DNA from: Octopus vulgaris
Taxonomy: Eukaryota
Direction: 5' to 3'
NCBI GenBank assembly: GCA_951406725.2
Contig: OX597834.1
Span: 40,610,001-40,674,000 of the forward strand
Length of the DNA: 64,000 nucleotides
Part shown: piece by piece, positions 63,164 through 64,000 of the stretch
Layout: every line of letters starts with the position of its first letter
How positions within the stretch are numbered: the first letter of the stretch is position 1
The notes under the pieces: model-generated
Databases searched by the model: none
Told to the model about the DNA's origin: nothing
Seen by the model: only the letters and a program-made list of their open reading frames with translations
Translations under genes and position numbers: made by a program

Positions 63164-63202
<39 letters not shown>

Positions 63203-63338
63203 ATATCTGTGCATGTATATAAATGTGTGTGTATAGACGTTATACTGTCTCACCTGTAACTTTATACTCTCTGGCCACTGTACAATCTCCAAGTGGTAAA
63301 TTTGACCAAAGTTCACTCTGAAGTCTTCAAGTAAAAAC
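39029..63338 (-). CDS. CC2D2A: Coiled-coil and C2 domain-containing protein 2A (MKS6) homolog, 3' 21 coding exons; 5' end beyond the window
   Basis: 21 exons chain in phase with GT-AG ends. Motifs include [84 protein letters not shown] and [25 protein letters not shown]. Confidence 0.92.
39314..39762 (+). mobile_element. 3' fragment of an R4/Dong-like non-LTR retrotransposon within (TAA)n
   Basis: Open frame [31 protein letters not shown]...[19 protein letters not shown]; (AAT)n on both flanks. Confidence 0.8.
40545..40915 (-). mobile_element. Tx1/L1-like LINE 3' end
   Basis: Minus strand [15 protein letters not shown] followed by a UTR ending cttgtggccaataaaag; the same tail recurs near 32170 and 45415. 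Confidence 0.5.
40956..41031 (-). CDS. CC2D2A: CC2D2A exon ([25 protein letters not shown])
   Basis: aag acceptor/gtaagc donor; phase 2 to phase 0 as required. Confidence 0.78.
42122..42282 (-). CDS. CC2D2A: CC2D2A exon ([10 protein letters not shown]...[11 protein letters not shown]...TRWNRY...)
   Basis: tag/gtaagg. Confidence 0.9.
42934..43056 (-). CDS. CC2D2A: CC2D2A exon (IWANVQ...WKPFF...LSSVQ)
   Basis: tag/gtcagt. Confidence 0.9.
44084..44238 (-). CDS. CC2D2A: CC2D2A exon (SGIPNG...[11 protein letters not shown]...LGCVINNKN)
   Basis: cag/gtaagg. Confidence 0.9.
44370..44720 (+). mobile_element. Decayed R4/Dong-like 3' fragment
   Basis: [21 protein letters not shown] and [13 protein letters not shown] motifs with stop and frameshift. 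Confidence 0.6.
45572..45668 (-). CDS. CC2D2A: CC2D2A exon ([32 protein letters not shown])
   Basis: cag/gtaagc; transglutaminase-like segment. Confidence 0.9.
46885..46974 (-). CDS. CC2D2A: CC2D2A exon ([11 protein letters not shown]...CDIWTTCD)
   Basis: cag/gtaagt. Confidence 0.9.
48103..48318. mobile_element. Mariner-derived MITE
   Basis: TIRs gggttgctgaaaagttcc / ggaacttttcagtagccc; related piece at 20480-20650 encodes RCNKRVNLRGEYVE*, a mariner C-terminus. Confidence 0.65.
48482..48679 (-). CDS. CC2D2A: CC2D2A exon ([12 protein letters not shown]...[13 protein letters not shown]...)
   Basis: tag/gtgagt. Confidence 0.9.
50137..50269. repeat. 43-bp minisatellite, 3 perfect copies
   Basis: tgctgacctctctggtctgggagggcctctggaagtcaatgtg at period 43. 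Confidence 0.9.
50333..50503 (-). CDS. CC2D2A: CC2D2A exon ([16 protein letters not shown]...EPFKER)
   Basis: cag/gtaaag. Confidence 0.9.
51678..51776 (-). CDS. CC2D2A: CC2D2A exon ([33 protein letters not shown])
   Basis: cag/gtaagt. Confidence 0.9.
51780..52980. repeat. Purine-rich (G/A) degenerate minisatellite filling a CC2D2A intron
   Basis: Repeated ~200-bp blocks and ~24-bp taaggggacagaagagactgggga units. Confidence 0.85.
52995..53091 (-). CDS. CC2D2A: CC2D2A exon ([32 protein letters not shown])
   Basis: cag/gtaggc. Confidence 0.9.
53533..53639 (-). CDS. CC2D2A: CC2D2A exon, C2 domain ([11 protein letters not shown]...[14 protein letters not shown])
   Basis: cag/gtattt. Confidence 0.9.
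54893..54938 (-). CDS. CC2D2A: CC2D2A small exon ([15 protein letters not shown])
   Basis: cag/gtaagt; bridges phase 2 to phase 0. Confidence 0.8.
55501..55589 (+). ncRNA. Type I hammerhead ribozyme motif in a short (TA)n-embedded element
   Basis: ctct-t-CTGATGA-gattttgcccaa...ttgggcaaaatc-GAAA-CAGCTG-TA-agag: perfect 12-bp stem II, palindromic stem III, GUA triplet. Confidence 0.75.
55677..55844 (-). CDS. CC2D2A: CC2D2A exon ([18 protein letters not shown]...AFNIPVRH)
   Basis: cag/gtaagt. Confidence 0.9.
56432..56690. repeat. Compound (GAA)/(GGA) trinucleotide tract
   Basis: Direct observation. Confidence 0.9.
56734..56825 (-). CDS. CC2D2A: CC2D2A exon (LHEEMLSRF...EEASPSI)
   Basis: cag/gtcagt. 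Confidence 0.85.
57107..57199 (-). CDS. CC2D2A: CC2D2A exon (EYELRKKEE...YKDK)
   Basis: tag/gtaaga. Confidence 0.85.
58121..58330 (-). CDS. CC2D2A: CC2D2A exon (PHIDD...[12 protein letters not shown]...SVFK)
   Basis: cag/gtaatt. Confidence 0.9.
58530..58668 (-). CDS. CC2D2A: CC2D2A exon ([12 protein letters not shown]...[16 protein letters not shown])
   Basis: tag/gtaagt. Confidence 0.9.
59725..59875 (-). CDS. CC2D2A: CC2D2A exon (VAINMDP...[16 protein letters not shown]...)
   Basis: cag/gtaatt. Confidence 0.87.
60337..60773 (+). mobile_element. Non-autonomous Helitron-like element
   Basis: TC..tatatataaaa start, (GTTT)n, 3' hairpin acccgc...gcgggt followed by CTAG|T. Confidence 0.6.
62135..62288 (-). 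CDS. CC2D2A: CC2D2A exon (IYEARTLSS...HNAVGS)
   Basis: cag/gtaagt. Confidence 0.88.
63254..63338 (-). CDS. CC2D2A: CC2D2A exon ([28 protein letters not shown])
   Basis: cag/gtgag on minus strand. Confidence 0.9.
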
Positions 63339-63406
63339 CTGTAAGTATGGACAAGAGTGTGTATGTGTGTGAGTATGCATATATATATATAGAGAGAGAG
63401 AGAGAC

Positions 63407-63439
<33 letters not shown>

Positions 63440-64000
63440 TAGATATACATACACACGTATAAATATAAACAAACTAACATTTGTTTTTATAAGCATCAAA
63501 ATTCCTATAGAACGATACAAATTAGATGATATTTTTTCAAATGCAGAATTGCCATTAGAACAGCAGAAATACTGAGTAAATTACCTTCACAAAGCAGAAA
63601 AATTTCTCACCAACCAGCCATATAGAGTTTATAAGTGAGGGACTATCAGTCTGAGTAAAATGCTTTATAATCTCTCTGTTTGTACACTTGGCTAACAATA
63701 TTGTTTAGATTAGCAAAGAGCTCCGTGTGTCCTTGTGGCAGGGTCTGAGGTTTATTGTTCATATTGTAATTTCATGCCTTGTGTTCAAATTATGCCGGTT
63801 TTTTACTCAGAGAGATATACAGGGCGAGGCATACATGATGGTCATTACGCATTACTTTATTGTAGTAAATTTGATATAACTGGAAATGACAACTCTGATG
63901 AAAGTAGCATTACTTCCCTAGTTGTTTAAATTTCTTCATCCAACCAATGGGCCAAATTGAGTAAATATATACGACAGGCTTCTTTCAGGTTCCGTCTACC

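Overview
AT-rich, repeat-dense eukaryotic genomic DNA. The SINE families and microsatellites point to an octopus (inference). Three genes are present. (1) The 3' 12 coding exons of a PAXBP1/GCFC-family gene (+, 662-21974). (2) A Tctex-1-domain dynein light chain with an uninterrupted CDS (-, 31081-31554). (3) The 3' 21 coding exons of the ciliary transition-zone gene CC2D2A (-, 39029-63338). Exon phases chain consistently in both spliced genes. Non-coding DNA holds tRNA-derived SINEs, LINE fragments (CR1, RTE, R4/Dong, HERO-like, Tx1-like), and hAT, piggyBac, mariner and Helitron-type non-autonomous elements. The main unannotated signal is a set of unrelated short elements carrying Type I minimal hammerhead ribozyme motifs with palindromic stem III. 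Three full motifs sit in (TA)n tracts (16329-16424, 55501-55589, 22672-22716). One decayed motif is fused to a tRNA-like Pol III head (1231-1480), and half motifs lie in a fold-back palindrome (25595-25744). Also notable are SINE dimers sharing a fixed junction, a head-to-head CR1 pair, and RFX X-box-like motifs. Most ORF-track entries are microsatellite or SINE artefacts.
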